NCBI GenBank assembly: GCA_963841435.1
Contig: CAWJCS010000002.1
Location: 1,120,001 to 1,184,000 of the forward strand
Length of the DNA: 64,000 nt
Origin: an uncultured delta proteobacterium
Lineage (GTDB): Bacteria; Myxococcota_A; Polyangia; Polyangiales; Polyangiaceae
Direction: 5' to 3'
The notes under the pieces are model-generated. The model had not been told where the DNA came from and did not search any database. It worked only from the letters and a program-made list of their open reading frames with translations. The translations under genes and the position numbers were made by a program. Within the stretch, counting starts at the first letter, position 1. Every line of letters starts with the position of its first letter. Positions 18,774-27,941 of the stretch are shown here, one piece after another.

Positions 18774-19736
18774 TCAGATCCCACCAGCGGGGGAGGTCAG
18801 CGGTTCCGTAGCGCTGACTTCCTCGATCGGTCGAGCGTCAACGACGCCCCACAACAGCGAGCGATCTTCTGCTGCGCGGTTTTCTGAGAGGGCCGCGGCA
18901 GGCTCACTGAAGCTTCGCCGGACGACGATGGCACCCGGACGGGCGGCGTTTCGCACGGCCGCGAGCAAGCGACGGCCGTACGCGTCTTCGGCGCCGTCCA
19001 GGATGTTCGACAACGAAAAGCCCCCGAAGCTGCCGACGGGGCACCGCTCGAGGTACGCCGCCGCGTCCGCGACGACGAGCTCGGGCTCTTTTCCGGGCGG
19101 GACGACCGGCTCGGGGTCGCCCGGCGCTGCGTGACCCGTGAAGAGCTCCCACGCGTAGGGATTGGTCCTGTTCGGGTGCCGTTCGAAGCCGCGCAGCAGT
19201 CGCGCCCTGAGCACGCGGTCGAAGCGCCGCGGCAGGCACCTGAGCAGCGCCGACGAATACCAGCCGGAGAGGGCGAGGGGAGAGAGCAAGAGCGCGAGTC
19301 CCGTCCGAAAACGCCAGGTGTCGAGCTGCTCGCGAAAGTAGCTCGCCTGCGCCACTGGGTCGTCGAGCGACAGGAAGCTCAGCACCTTCAGCCTCGTGAA
19401 GCCGGCGAGCGGCATGAGCGCGCGCAGGTGGCCCATCAGGCGATCGGCGCGCCCCGTCTCGCGGGGCGCACCCTGGAGACGCCGGCGCACGTAGTCGATT
19501 TGCGCCGGGTTGATGTCGCACGCGACGACGTCATGATCGCGACACAGGGCGAGCGCCGTGCAGCCTGCCGACGCGACGCAAAACACGCGCGCGCTCGGAG
19601 CGAAGACCGCGCGCTCGATGGCGCTGTCCTCGTACACTCTGCCGAACAAGAGTTGCTTCGGTGGTGCGCGTTCGCTCAGCCGGCCGGCGCGCCAGGCGCT
19701 CAGCTCCCCGTGATCGCGCGTGGTGTTGCCGCTCAT
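18774..19736 (-). CDS. BtaA/DUF3419-like SAM-dependent 3-amino-3-carboxypropyl transferase family protein
   Basis: LLFGRVYED..IE, VFCVASAGCTAL, DINPAQ, NPY, FSLSNILD; ATG at 19736 overlaps the upstream stop. Confidence 0.75.
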   Translation of the reverse strand: MSGNTTRDHGELSAWRAGRLSERAPPKQLLFGRVYEDSAIERAVFAPSARVFCVASAGCTALALCRDHDVVACDINPAQIDYVRRRLQGAPRETGRADRLMGHLRALMPLAGFTRLKVLSFLSLDDPVAQASYFREQLDTWRFRTGLALLLSPLALSGWYSSALLRCLPRRFDRVLRARLLRGFERHPNRTNPYAWELFTGHAAPGDPEPVVPPGKEPELVVADAAAYLERCPVGSFGGFSLSNILDGAEDAYGRRLLAAVRNAARPGAIVVRRSFSEPAAALSENRAAEDRSLLWGVVDARPIEEVSATEPLTSPAGGI

Positions 19737-20131
19737 GGCGCCCCGCTCGAGAGCGCGGCCGACACCCAGGCGAGCAGCAGAAAGCAGCCGTTTTTTAGCA
19801 CCATTCCGGCTGGATCGTGGATCTGCCGCCGCGCCCAGAGAATGCCGCCCGAGTTGAGGCTCACGAGTAGGCCGGTCTGAACGACGGCGCACAACCCGGG
19901 CCACACACCGAAAAGGACCCAGAGCCCGAGCGTCGTTTCGAGCGCACCAAGTGCGCGCAAGAAGTGCGCAGACCAGCGCTCGCCCAGGAACGGTACTGCG
20001 CTGACCACCTCACGCTGTCCCGGCTCACGCCCGAGCCATTTGCACCACACCCCCTCGTAGAGCCACACCGCAGAAACGGCGACGCGCAAGACCCAAACGG
20101 GTGGTAGTGGCAACGTGAGGTCAGTTAACAT
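19733..20131 (-). CDS. DoxX-like family membrane protein
   Basis: AVWLYEGVWCK, LGALE..LGLWVL, DPAGMVLKN; four TM segments. Confidence 0.82.
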   Translation of the reverse strand: MLTDLTLPLPPVWVLRVAVSAVWLYEGVWCKWLGREPGQREVVSAVPFLGERWSAHFLRALGALETTLGLWVLFGVWPGLCAVVQTGLLVSLNSGGILWARRQIHDPAGMVLKNGCFLLLAWVSAALSSGAP

Positions 20132-20198
20132 GCGCGCGCCCCACCGGGAACGCTAGGCCGCGAGGTGGAGCGGCGCAACACTCGGAGCAAGAAAGAAG

Positions 20199-20756
20199 AT
20201 GCGGACGGATTCGCCAAGCACCGCGTGGAACGAGCGAGTGACGACGACACGGCGGTTTCTTGCTTCACCCCTCGCCGTTTGGCAATGCCTGATGTTCTAC
20301 GAGGACGTTCCGCGCCGTCCCTGGCCGCTCTTGAGACTCTTGTTGCCGCAGCCACTCCGCAGCGAAGGCGACAAGCTTCGCGTGGGCGGCGACGTTCGCT
20401 GCACCTACGTGAGCGGTGAGCTTCGCAAACGTATCACCGAGGTCGAGCCCGCGCGGCTCCTCCGCTTCGAGGTCATCGAGCAGGCGCTCGGCATCGAGCG
20501 CTACGGCCGCGCCCATCACGGCTCGTACGAGTTCTTTCCCGATCCCGCGGGCGGCACCCGGCTCCTGCTGACGACCGCGTACCGTGGCCGCATGCGGCCG
20601 CGCTTCCTGTGGCGGCTCATCGAGCGCTACCTCTGCCACCGCTTGCATCATCACATCCTCATCGGCATGCAGGAACGGCTCGGCGCCGGAGCGCCCGTGG
20701 CCGGGGTGCTCAACCCCCGAGCCGAGGCAGATGCCGTCGAAGCTCCGAGTCGCTGA
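20199..20756 (+). CDS. SRPBCC/START-like domain protein
   Basis: ASPLAVWQCL, LLPQP, ITEVEPARLLRFEV, GGTRLLLTTAY, LH.HIL. Confidence 0.72.
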   Translation: MRTDSPSTAWNERVTTTRRFLASPLAVWQCLMFYEDVPRRPWPLLRLLLPQPLRSEGDKLRVGGDVRCTYVSGELRKRITEVEPARLLRFEVIEQALGIERYGRAHHGSYEFFPDPAGGTRLLLTTAYRGRMRPRFLWRLIERYLCHRLHHHILIGMQERLGAGAPVAGVLNPRAEADAVEAPSR

Positions 20757-22098
20757 AGGGCGTGGGGCGCTCCTCGCCTTCTGCGTAGACAATGGCGAGG
20801 ATTTCCTCGCGCAGCGAAACGCGCGGGCGGAGCCGCGCAAGCAGCGAAAATAGCCCCCACTGCAGGCGGTTCGCGAACAAGAGCTCCGCCGGCATCGCGA
20901 GCTTGTGCCGGTTCGGATTGTCGCTGACGAGCGCGCGATACGTCATCGCGACGAAAGCCGGCGTGAGACCTGCGGGCTCCGTCGTGAGCCAGGGACGGAT
21001 GAGATAGAGGTACTGCGAGTAGTGCGCTTCGAAGTCGAAGCCGTCGTGCTCGCCCACGAGGCCGATGTCGCGTACGGCGACAGAGAAGGCGTCGAAATCC
21101 CGCTCGAGCGCGCTTCGCAGCATGCGGCGCCAGCTGCCGAGCAAATTGCTCGAAAAGTGCCGTACGCAGCCGAAATCGAGGAAGGCCACGCTGTCGTCGG
21201 AAAACAGGTAGTTGCCGGGATGCGGGTCGCAGTTGAGCGAGCCCATCCGGAAAATCGACGCGAACGCGAAGTAGTGAAGCGCGCGCGCGGCCGCGTCGCG
21301 CTCTTCTTGCGACCCCGCGTTCGTCACCTCCCGAAAGGGGCGGCCATGGATGAACGTCGTCGTGAGCACACGTGCGCTCGAGAACGGCGCCACGACCTCG
21401 GGCACACGAATGCCCGGGGTCCCGCGGAAGAAGCTCGCGAAGGCGGTCTGGTGCGCGGCCTCCTTGCGATAGTCGCACTCGTCGAGGAACCGCTCGCGCA
21501 GCTCCTCCACGAGCGCGCGGCCATCGAGCCCCGGCGCCATGACGGCCGTTAGGTGACGAAGCAGCGCAATGTTTTTCAGATCGCCCTCTACGGCGCGCTC
21601 GATTCCCGGGTAGCGCACCTTCACGGCGACCTCGGTGCCGTCCTTCAGTCGCGCCCGGTGCACCTGCCCGATGCTCGCTGCCGCGACGGGCTCGGCGTCC
21701 CATTCGGCAAACAACGCTTCCGGCGGCTGGCCGAGGTCCTCCTCGAGCGTGCGCACCACGACCTGTGGCGCCATGGGCCGCGAGCGCTGCTGCAGGCGAC
21801 TGAGCGCTGGTTGCCAGCCCGCGGGAGTCTGCAAATCCACGTAGCTCAGCATCTGACCGAGCTTCATCGCGAGGCCCTTCAGATCCCCGAGCGCAAGCGC
21901 GAGGCCCTCGCCGGCCGCCGCGTCCGCTCGGGCGGCGCCCCTCTCGCCCCAAAAGAGCCGCCGCCCCGCCGACCGCCCCGCCGCGCCCAACAGCGCGCGC
22001 CCCAGCTTCAACCCGCGCGACAGGCTCCCCTCCGGCACCGCCTCGAGCGAATCGAGGGCGCCGCCGAGAGCGTCCTCGTCGTGCTCGTCTTCTGCCAT
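20710..22098 (-). CDS. ABC1/UbiB (AarF) family atypical kinase
   Basis: LKGLAMKLGQMLS, AAASIGQVHRARL, VAVKVRYPG, DPHPGNYLF, FLDFGCV. Confidence 0.92.
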   Translation of the reverse strand: MAEDEHDEDALGGALDSLEAVPEGSLSRGLKLGRALLGAAGRSAGRRLFWGERGAARADAAAGEGLALALGDLKGLAMKLGQMLSYVDLQTPAGWQPALSRLQQRSRPMAPQVVVRTLEEDLGQPPEALFAEWDAEPVAAASIGQVHRARLKDGTEVAVKVRYPGIERAVEGDLKNIALLRHLTAVMAPGLDGRALVEELRERFLDECDYRKEAAHQTAFASFFRGTPGIRVPEVVAPFSSARVLTTTFIHGRPFREVTNAGSQEERDAAARALHYFAFASIFRMGSLNCDPHPGNYLFSDDSVAFLDFGCVRHFSSNLLGSWRRMLRSALERDFDAFSVAVRDIGLVGEHDGFDFEAHYSQYLYLIRPWLTTEPAGLTPAFVAMTYRALVSDNPNRHKLAMPAELLFANRLQWGLFSLLARLRPRVSLREEILAIVYAEGEERPTPFSDSELRRHLPRLGG

Positions 22099-22189
22099 GC
22101 CGGCTGCTTGCTCTTTGGAGCATGCGGAGAAGCGACGCAAGCTCCACCGCCCGGCGGGGGCGACGCCGGGGCTGCTACGCTCGGTCGGC

Positions 22190-22876
22190 ATGAGCGGGGA
22201 ACGAGCGCGGCACGGGCCACGAATTCGAGGCGCACTTGGCGACGCGCTTCGCTTGCTCACGTTTCGAAGCACGCGTGAAGAGTTGCTCGCGCTCGACGGT
22301 GCGCACCTGGCGGTCGGCCTTTCGGCGACGTGGCTCGTGGGCGTGGGGCGCCACTGGCACGACCCCTACGCGTCGTGGTTGGAGCGCGGGGGGCTCGCTT
22401 CGCTGCTCTATCTCGGCGCGCTCTCGGTGTTCTTGTGGCTTCTCTATCTGCCGCTGCGCCCCGCAGCGTGGGGCTTGTGGCGGACGCTCACGTTCCTCGG
22501 CTTGGTGTCGCCGGTCGCGCTCCTCCAGGCGGTCCCCGTCGAGTATTTCGTAGGCTACTCGAGCGCGCTGCGCCTCGGCGCCTGGGTCCTCATCGTCGTC
22601 ATCGCCTGGCGGGTGGCCTTGCTGCTTTGGTTTCTGGTGCGGGCGGCGGGGCTTCGTCCGCTCGAAGCGCTCGCTTCGATCCTGCTGCCGGTCGACGTGA
22701 TCGAGATCCTGCTCGCGCACTTCGACGTGCGCCACGAAATCGACCGTTTCGTGAACCAATCCCGCTCGCTGGATGTCCTCGCGGCGATCGCGACCCTTTC
22801 GCTGCCGCTACCGCTGCTCGCGTACGTCGTGGTCGTCTTGGTCCGGCTCATCGAGCGCCGCCGGAGCTCGGCCTGA
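22190..22876 (+). CDS. Integral membrane hypothetical protein
   Basis: About six TM segments; GL.ATWLVGVGRHWHDP, QAVPVE, WRVALL. Confidence 0.75.
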   Translation: MSGERARHGPRIRGALGDALRLLTFRSTREELLALDGAHLAVGLSATWLVGVGRHWHDPYASWLERGGLASLLYLGALSVFLWLLYLPLRPAAWGLWRTLTFLGLVSPVALLQAVPVEYFVGYSSALRLGAWVLIVVIAWRVALLLWFLVRAAGLRPLEALASILLPVDVIEILLAHFDVRHEIDRFVNQSRSLDVLAAIATLSLPLPLLAYVVVVLVRLIERRRSSA

Positions 22877-22961
22877 GCAGCGCCTTCGTGGTGGCTGCTC
22901 GTCTGGGCCGGGGCGGGGAGTGCGTCGAGCCGTCCGGCAAGCCGGGAACGGGGCCGCGGCG

Positions 22962-24317
22962 TCAGCGCTCGATCTTGAGCACGCGATCGTTCTCGGAGTC
23001 CGAGATGTAGATGACGCCGGTCAGGTCCACGAACGTGCCGTGAGGCCGGCGAAGCTCGGCGAGCGTCGGATCGCCCCCCAGCATGCCCGTCCCGGCGACC
23101 CCGTTGCCCACCAGCGTCGTCAGCGTGTCGTTCGCCACGTCGTACTTGCGGAGCAAGAACAGCTCCGTGTCCGCGATGATCACGTTGTCCTCGAGATCGA
23201 TGGCAAGGTGCTTCGGATCGCTCACCACGTTGAGCGTCGCCGGCATGTCGGTCACGCTGCCCTGCGCGTCCACCACCTGCAGGGAATCCCCGTTCGGCCG
23301 ATTCTTCACGGCGTAGAGCGTGCCCTTCGAGTCGAGCGCGATCACGCGCGCCGCCGGGTACGCGATCGCAGGCTTTTCGCTCATGGCCTCGAGATCGATC
23401 ACGCGAATGTCGTTCGGCGCGGTGAAGTAGAGGTCGGTCCCCGACGGCGAGAACCCCAGGCAATAGACGCGCGTTTCGCCCGGAAACGGCGCTCCGCTGC
23501 CCGCAAACGTCGCCACCTCCCCGGTGTTCGCGTCCATGCGATACACGTTGCCGTTCATCGTGTCGGCAATGAACAGGATGCGCGTCCCCGGTTGGAACAA
23601 CAGGTCGTGCGGCTGGTTCAGCACGATGTTGCCGGGCGCGCCCGGCGCACCAGGTCCGACCACGGTCGTGATCACCCCATCGGCATCGATGTGTCGGATC
23701 TTCCCGGTGTCAACCTCCGCAATGTAAACGTCCCCGGTCATCGGATCGACGACCGCGCCGTACGGATTTTGCACCGCCGCTTCCGTCGCGAGCGAGCCGT
23801 CGCCACCCATGCCCGTCCCTGCCACGAGCACGATCCTCGGCTCACCCGGCGGACCGCCCGCGCTCCCCGCCGCGCCCGCGTCACCCGCCGTCCCCGTGCC
23901 CGATTGCCCGCCGCTCCCCGCGCCGCCGTCTCCCGCGCCCGCACCGCCCGCCCCGCTCGCGCCCGCACCGCCCGCCCCGCTCGCGCCCGCCGCCCCGCTC
24001 GTCCCCGCCGCTCCTTTTGCCCCCATGCCGCCCATCGAAGCACCGGAAGCCCCGCTCGCCCCCGAATCATCCGAGCCACCCCCGCCGCCTGCCCCGGCTC
24101 CCGCATTCGCCGCGCCCGAAACCGAGGGCCCGGCGACACCCGCCGCACCGCCCGCCCCCGCGCCACCCGTCGCCCCCGCCGCCGGCCGACCCTCGTCCCC
24201 TGCGCACGCGCTCAAAAGCAACATCGCGACGATCGGCGTCGCAAAGTGCGTCCATCGCGCCGTCACGAGCGGGAGACTACCACTCGCTGCGACGGCGTCG
24301 CACACGGAGATGGGCAC
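22962..24317 (-). CDS. NHL-repeat beta-propeller lipoprotein with Gly-rich linker
   Basis: Lipobox LSAC; AGTG..GDGSLATEA..NPYG, YIAE, FIADT, IADT, YISDSENDRV. Exact start is uncertain. Confidence 0.82.
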   Translation of the reverse strand: MPISVCDAVAASGSLPLVTARWTHFATPIVAMLLLSACAGDEGRPAAGATGGAGAGGAAGVAGPSVSGAANAGAGAGGGGGSDDSGASGASGASMGGMGAKGAAGTSGAAGASGAGGAGASGAGGAGAGDGGAGSGGQSGTGTAGDAGAAGSAGGPPGEPRIVLVAGTGMGGDGSLATEAAVQNPYGAVVDPMTGDVYIAEVDTGKIRHIDADGVITTVVGPGAPGAPGNIVLNQPHDLLFQPGTRILFIADTMNGNVYRMDANTGEVATFAGSGAPFPGETRVYCLGFSPSGTDLYFTAPNDIRVIDLEAMSEKPAIAYPAARVIALDSKGTLYAVKNRPNGDSLQVVDAQGSVTDMPATLNVVSDPKHLAIDLEDNVIIADTELFLLRKYDVANDTLTTLVGNGVAGTGMLGGDPTLAELRRPHGTFVDLTGVIYISDSENDRVLKIER

Positions 24318-24464
24318 CTCGGCCTATTGGCGAAGCCACGACCGCGGCGTAGATGACGCGTGCCGGCGTGTGAGGCACAGGCGCGTTCACTCGTGCAGTG
24401 CACGCTCGAAAGTTCGGATGTCATGAAAGCGAAGCACCCGCACCGTCGTGGCTTCGGGCCATCT

Positions 24465-24480
24465 TGCACTCCGCTTGCCA
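24465..24480 (-). promoter_or_regulatory. Putative sigma54 -24/-12 promoter upstream of the NHL lipoprotein
   Basis: Minus strand TGGCAAGCGGAGTGCA, close to the TGGCACG-N4-TTGCW consensus, within a divergent intergenic region. Confidence 0.4.
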
Positions 24481-24727
24481 GCGCGCTCTCGTCGATCGGG
24501 TGCAGCCCTTCCGACGCTGGTGGTGATGCGCCCGGCGCCGGCGTGAGCATCACGTTCTGCGAGCGTCCGTGATGCAGTGGGTGTCGCGGCGCGCGCTCGG
24601 TGCTTTTCGCCCGAAATTTGCCGTCGGAACGCAAGCGCGACGCCGCGCGACACCACCCGGAGCCGCGACTTCGACTGGCGGGTCACTTCCGTGGCCCACT
24701 TTCCAGCGGGGGTGCGACTGCGGCTCG

Positions 24728-26032
24728 ATGAGAACCGAGCAGCCGTCGCGTGGGCTCTTGCTGACTTTGGTGCTGGGCATCGCCCTCACCGCTTGCAACG
24801 GTTCGGACGGCGAGACCGGGGGCACGGGTGGTGACTCGACGCCGTCGGGCGGCGCGGGAACGGGCGGCACCGGGGGCATGCTGGGTGGCGGGAGCGGAGG
24901 AACCTCGGCGGCGGGTGGTGGTGCCACCGGTGGCTCCAATCCCGGTGGCGCTGGGAGCGGCGGAGCCAGCGGAGACAACACCGGTGGCACGGGCGCCGGG
25001 AGTGGTGGCAGCGCAGGCGCGCTGCCGATGGCGGGCAATGGGGGAGCAGGCGAAGGAAACACCGGAGGCGCGGGTGCCGGCATGGGGGGCAGCGCGGGCA
25101 CGCTGCCGATGGCGGGCAATGGGGGAGCAGGCGAAGGAAACACCGGAGGCATGGGCGCCGGCACGGGCGGTAGCGCCGGTTCGATGGCGGGCAGCGCGGG
25201 AGCCTTCACGGGCACGTGCACCGACTCGAAACCGACCGGGACGAACGCTTCAGGGACCGGGCCCCATGACGTGATCGTCGAAACGAATTCCGACCCCGGC
25301 ATCAAGGAAGGCACCATCTTCCGCCCCGCGGATTTGGGTGGAGCGGAGAAATATCCGATCTTCGTCTGGGGTGAGGGCGGTTGCTCGCAAAACGGACTCT
25401 CGAACGCCACGGCGATGGCCGAGATCGCCTCGCACGGATACTTCGTCGTTGCGGATGGCACACCGAACGGCAGCGGCAATCGCACCATGGACCGTTCGAA
25501 GCTCGCGGAGATGGGCGCGCCGCTGGTCGCGTACATCGACTGGGCCATCGCCGAGAACGAGAAGCCCTGCAGCGCGTACTACCAAAGCCTCGACACCGCG
25601 AAGGTCGCTTCCAACGGCTTTTCGTGCGGTGGCCTGATGTCCCAAGGCACCGTCTTGGACCCTCGCATCGTGACTTGGGGTGTCACGAGCAGCGGCATGG
25701 CCGGCGCGAACCAGGATTTTTACGACCTGATTCACACGCCGGTGCTCTTCGTCGAGGGTGGCACGGGCGACGTCGCGTACGACGGTGGCAAGGAAGGCTA
25801 CCAGGCCACTAGCAAGCTGACCGTCCCGGTGCTGTGGTTCAGCAAGGACCTCGGCCACGGTGGCGATCTCTTCCAGCGCGACGGCGGCGACTTCACCAAG
25901 CTGAACCTCGCGTGGCTCAACTGGTGGCTGAAGGGCGACGAAACCGCGACCGGCAAGGGCCTGCTCGTCGGCGCCGGCTGCACTTACTGCAGCGACAGCG
26001 CGTGGGAAGTCATGTCGGCGAACGTTCCGTAG
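24728..26032 (+). CDS. Alpha/beta hydrolase lipoprotein (cutinase/PET-hydrolase/chlorophyllase-like) with Gly-rich linker
   Basis: Lipobox LTAC; TIFRP..L...KYPIFVWGEGG, IASHGYFVVA, nucleophile motif GFSCGG, GGTGD, GHGG, AWLNWWLKGD. Confidence 0.82.
   Translation: MRTEQPSRGLLLTLVLGIALTACNGSDGETGGTGGDSTPSGGAGTGGTGGMLGGGSGGTSAAGGGATGGSNPGGAGSGGASGDNTGGTGAGSGGSAGALPMAGNGGAGEGNTGGAGAGMGGSAGTLPMAGNGGAGEGNTGGMGAGTGGSAGSMAGSAGAFTGTCTDSKPTGTNASGTGPHDVIVETNSDPGIKEGTIFRPADLGGAEKYPIFVWGEGGCSQNGLSNATAMAEIASHGYFVVADGTPNGSGNRTMDRSKLAEMGAPLVAYIDWAIAENEKPCSAYYQSLDTAKVASNGFSCGGLMSQGTVLDPRIVTWGVTSSGMAGANQDFYDLIHTPVLFVEGGTGDVAYDGGKEGYQATSKLTVPVLWFSKDLGHGGDLFQRDGGDFTKLNLAWLNWWLKGDETATGKGLLVGAGCTYCSDSAWEVMSANVP
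25007..25160 (+). repeat. 81-bp (27-aa) tandem duplication within the Gly-rich linker
   Basis: gctgccgatggcgggcaatgggggagcaggcgaaggaaacaccggaggc begins at both 25021 and 25102. Confidence 0.85.
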
Positions 26033-26039
26033 GCGTCGC

Positions 26040-27707
26040 TCAGTCGGTGATGTCCGGGGAGGGGCCGTACAGGGTCGGGCGCCAAGTGGCGTAGCCGAAC
26101 TTGTTCTGGCTGCCGGGGCCCTTGATCTCGACGAGCAACGTGCCGTTCTGATCGACCTGGTGCACCACGTCCGCGTTGGAGAAGTCGACGAGCGTGTTGC
26201 CTCCGGGGAGCCGTTGCACGTCGCCCAGGTTCTGGCTCGTGACTCCGGCTTCGTAGCTCGAGATCTTCTTGCCGGTAAAATCGTATTCGATCATCGCCGA
26301 GCTCTTGTTGGCGCCGCCGTTGTTGGCAAAGATCAGGATGCTGTCGGCGAGGAGGTGGTGACCGTGGTTGACGCCGCCCCAGGTCGAGTTGCCGCCTTGG
26401 ACCGTGTCCACCAAGCTCCAGAGCTTTTGCCCGCTGCGACTCACGCGGATCACGTCCTTGTTGACGACGGAGAAGGTGTACTCGTCCTCCGCTTCGGAAT
26501 AGCGCAGCGCGTTGCCGTGGCACTGGTTGCCGAACACGCCGCTGGCAGTGAAGATCTTCTTGGTCGTCCCGCTCGGATCGATCTCCGTGATGTCGTTGCA
26601 GCTCACGCTGTAGTCGAGGTACGCCATCGTGCCCCCGCTCACCGCGGCGATGTCGTGCGAGGACTTCGTCGAGGAATACGTCTGGGGGTTCAGGCCATCC
26701 ATGCCGACGCGGCGGATCGCCTGGCCACCGTTGTCTGCCGTCACGGCCCACAGGTTCTGGCCGTCGTAGCTGATCCTCGCGCGTGCGATACCACCCGTCA
26801 TGCCCGTGTCGTACGCCCAGACGATGTCGCCATCCGCGTCGATGATGAACGCAACCGAGCTGCCCGTTCCGCCCCAGTAGGACAGCACGATGAAGCCGCG
26901 CTCGCGGCCGGTCTCTTGCTTCACGTCGAAGCTTCCGATGCTGACCGCCGTGGTCTTTTCGCCCGTCTGGATGGTGTAGTCGTCGCTCGCGTATTGCATG
27001 CCGCCGGCGGCAGCGACGACGCGGAAGTGATACGTCGTGCTCGGCTTCATCCCGAGCAACAGGGTGCGAAAGTCCGCCTGTGCCAGATCGACCGGGGCTT
27101 GCATGCCGTAGGTCGTGTCTTTGCCGAACTCGAGGTAGGCGCTCGTTGGGGTGATCGTCGTGACCGACCACGTGACGATCCCGACAGTCGTCGGCGCCTT
27201 GGCGTCCACGGCGCTCGCCAGCATCGAGCTCACGGTGAAGAGCGACCCGTTGACGGTGGGCGCGCCGCCCGTGCCGCCGCTTGCCGTGCCGGCGGCCCCC
27301 GCCGTACCCGCCGTGCCCGCCGCCGCGCCCATGCCGCCCGTGGCGTCCATGCCCGCGGCCCCTGCGCCGGAGCCGCCTGCCGCCATCACCCCGCCGCTTC
27401 CGGCGGCCGCTCCCGTGCCGGCCATGCCGCTACCGGCGGCCCCGCCAACGTTGTCGCCGCCTGCACCCGAAGTGCTGCCGCCCGCTCCACCGGTCGGGCT
27501 CAAGGTGCCGCCCGCGCCACTGGTGCCCGCTGACGTTCCAGCCGACGAACCGCCGGCACCCGTGCCCGCGCCGGCGAGCGCACCCGTGCCACCCGTCGCG
27601 CCGCCGGGGGTGGACGTGCCCGACTTCGGATCGGCCTCGCCGCCGCCGCACGCTGCGGCAGTGAGGAGCAGAACGGCCACGCCAACGGATCCTAGTCTTT
27701 TCGACAT
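26040..27707 (-). CDS. Arylsulfotransferase (ASST)-like beta-propeller lipoprotein with Fn3-like domain
   Basis: Lipobox AAAC; LLGMKPSTTYHFRV; IDADGDIVW, SHD, HGNAL, NHGHH, LIFANNG, GDVQRLPGGNTLV. Confidence 0.75.
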   Translation of the reverse strand: MSKRLGSVGVAVLLLTAAACGGGEADPKSGTSTPGGATGGTGALAGAGTGAGGSSAGTSAGTSGAGGTLSPTGGAGGSTSGAGGDNVGGAAGSGMAGTGAAAGSGGVMAAGGSGAGAAGMDATGGMGAAAGTAGTAGAAGTASGGTGGAPTVNGSLFTVSSMLASAVDAKAPTTVGIVTWSVTTITPTSAYLEFGKDTTYGMQAPVDLAQADFRTLLLGMKPSTTYHFRVVAAAGGMQYASDDYTIQTGEKTTAVSIGSFDVKQETGRERGFIVLSYWGGTGSSVAFIIDADGDIVWAYDTGMTGGIARARISYDGQNLWAVTADNGGQAIRRVGMDGLNPQTYSSTKSSHDIAAVSGGTMAYLDYSVSCNDITEIDPSGTTKKIFTASGVFGNQCHGNALRYSEAEDEYTFSVVNKDVIRVSRSGQKLWSLVDTVQGGNSTWGGVNHGHHLLADSILIFANNGGANKSSAMIEYDFTGKKISSYEAGVTSQNLGDVQRLPGGNTLVDFSNADVVHQVDQNGTLLVEIKGPGSQNKFGYATWRPTLYGPSPDITD

Positions 27708-27941
27708 TCTTCTCGTTCTCCGGCAACCCAAGTCTGGTCGAGCGGGCACCGCTGCCTGCCGGCGCTCATCAGAGCGCTGGTCGTACAGTACAGCCCGCGA
27801 TGGGTCAGCAGGCGCTCGCCGCGCCGGCTGCGTCGCCTTCGATCAGGAGTGGAAGTTAACAGGGTACTCACAGCGGATGAGTCCGCTGTCACTGCGCGAT
27901 CCGGCGCCGGGTTCCGAGGGGTCGTGTGCCCGTGCGTGCCG

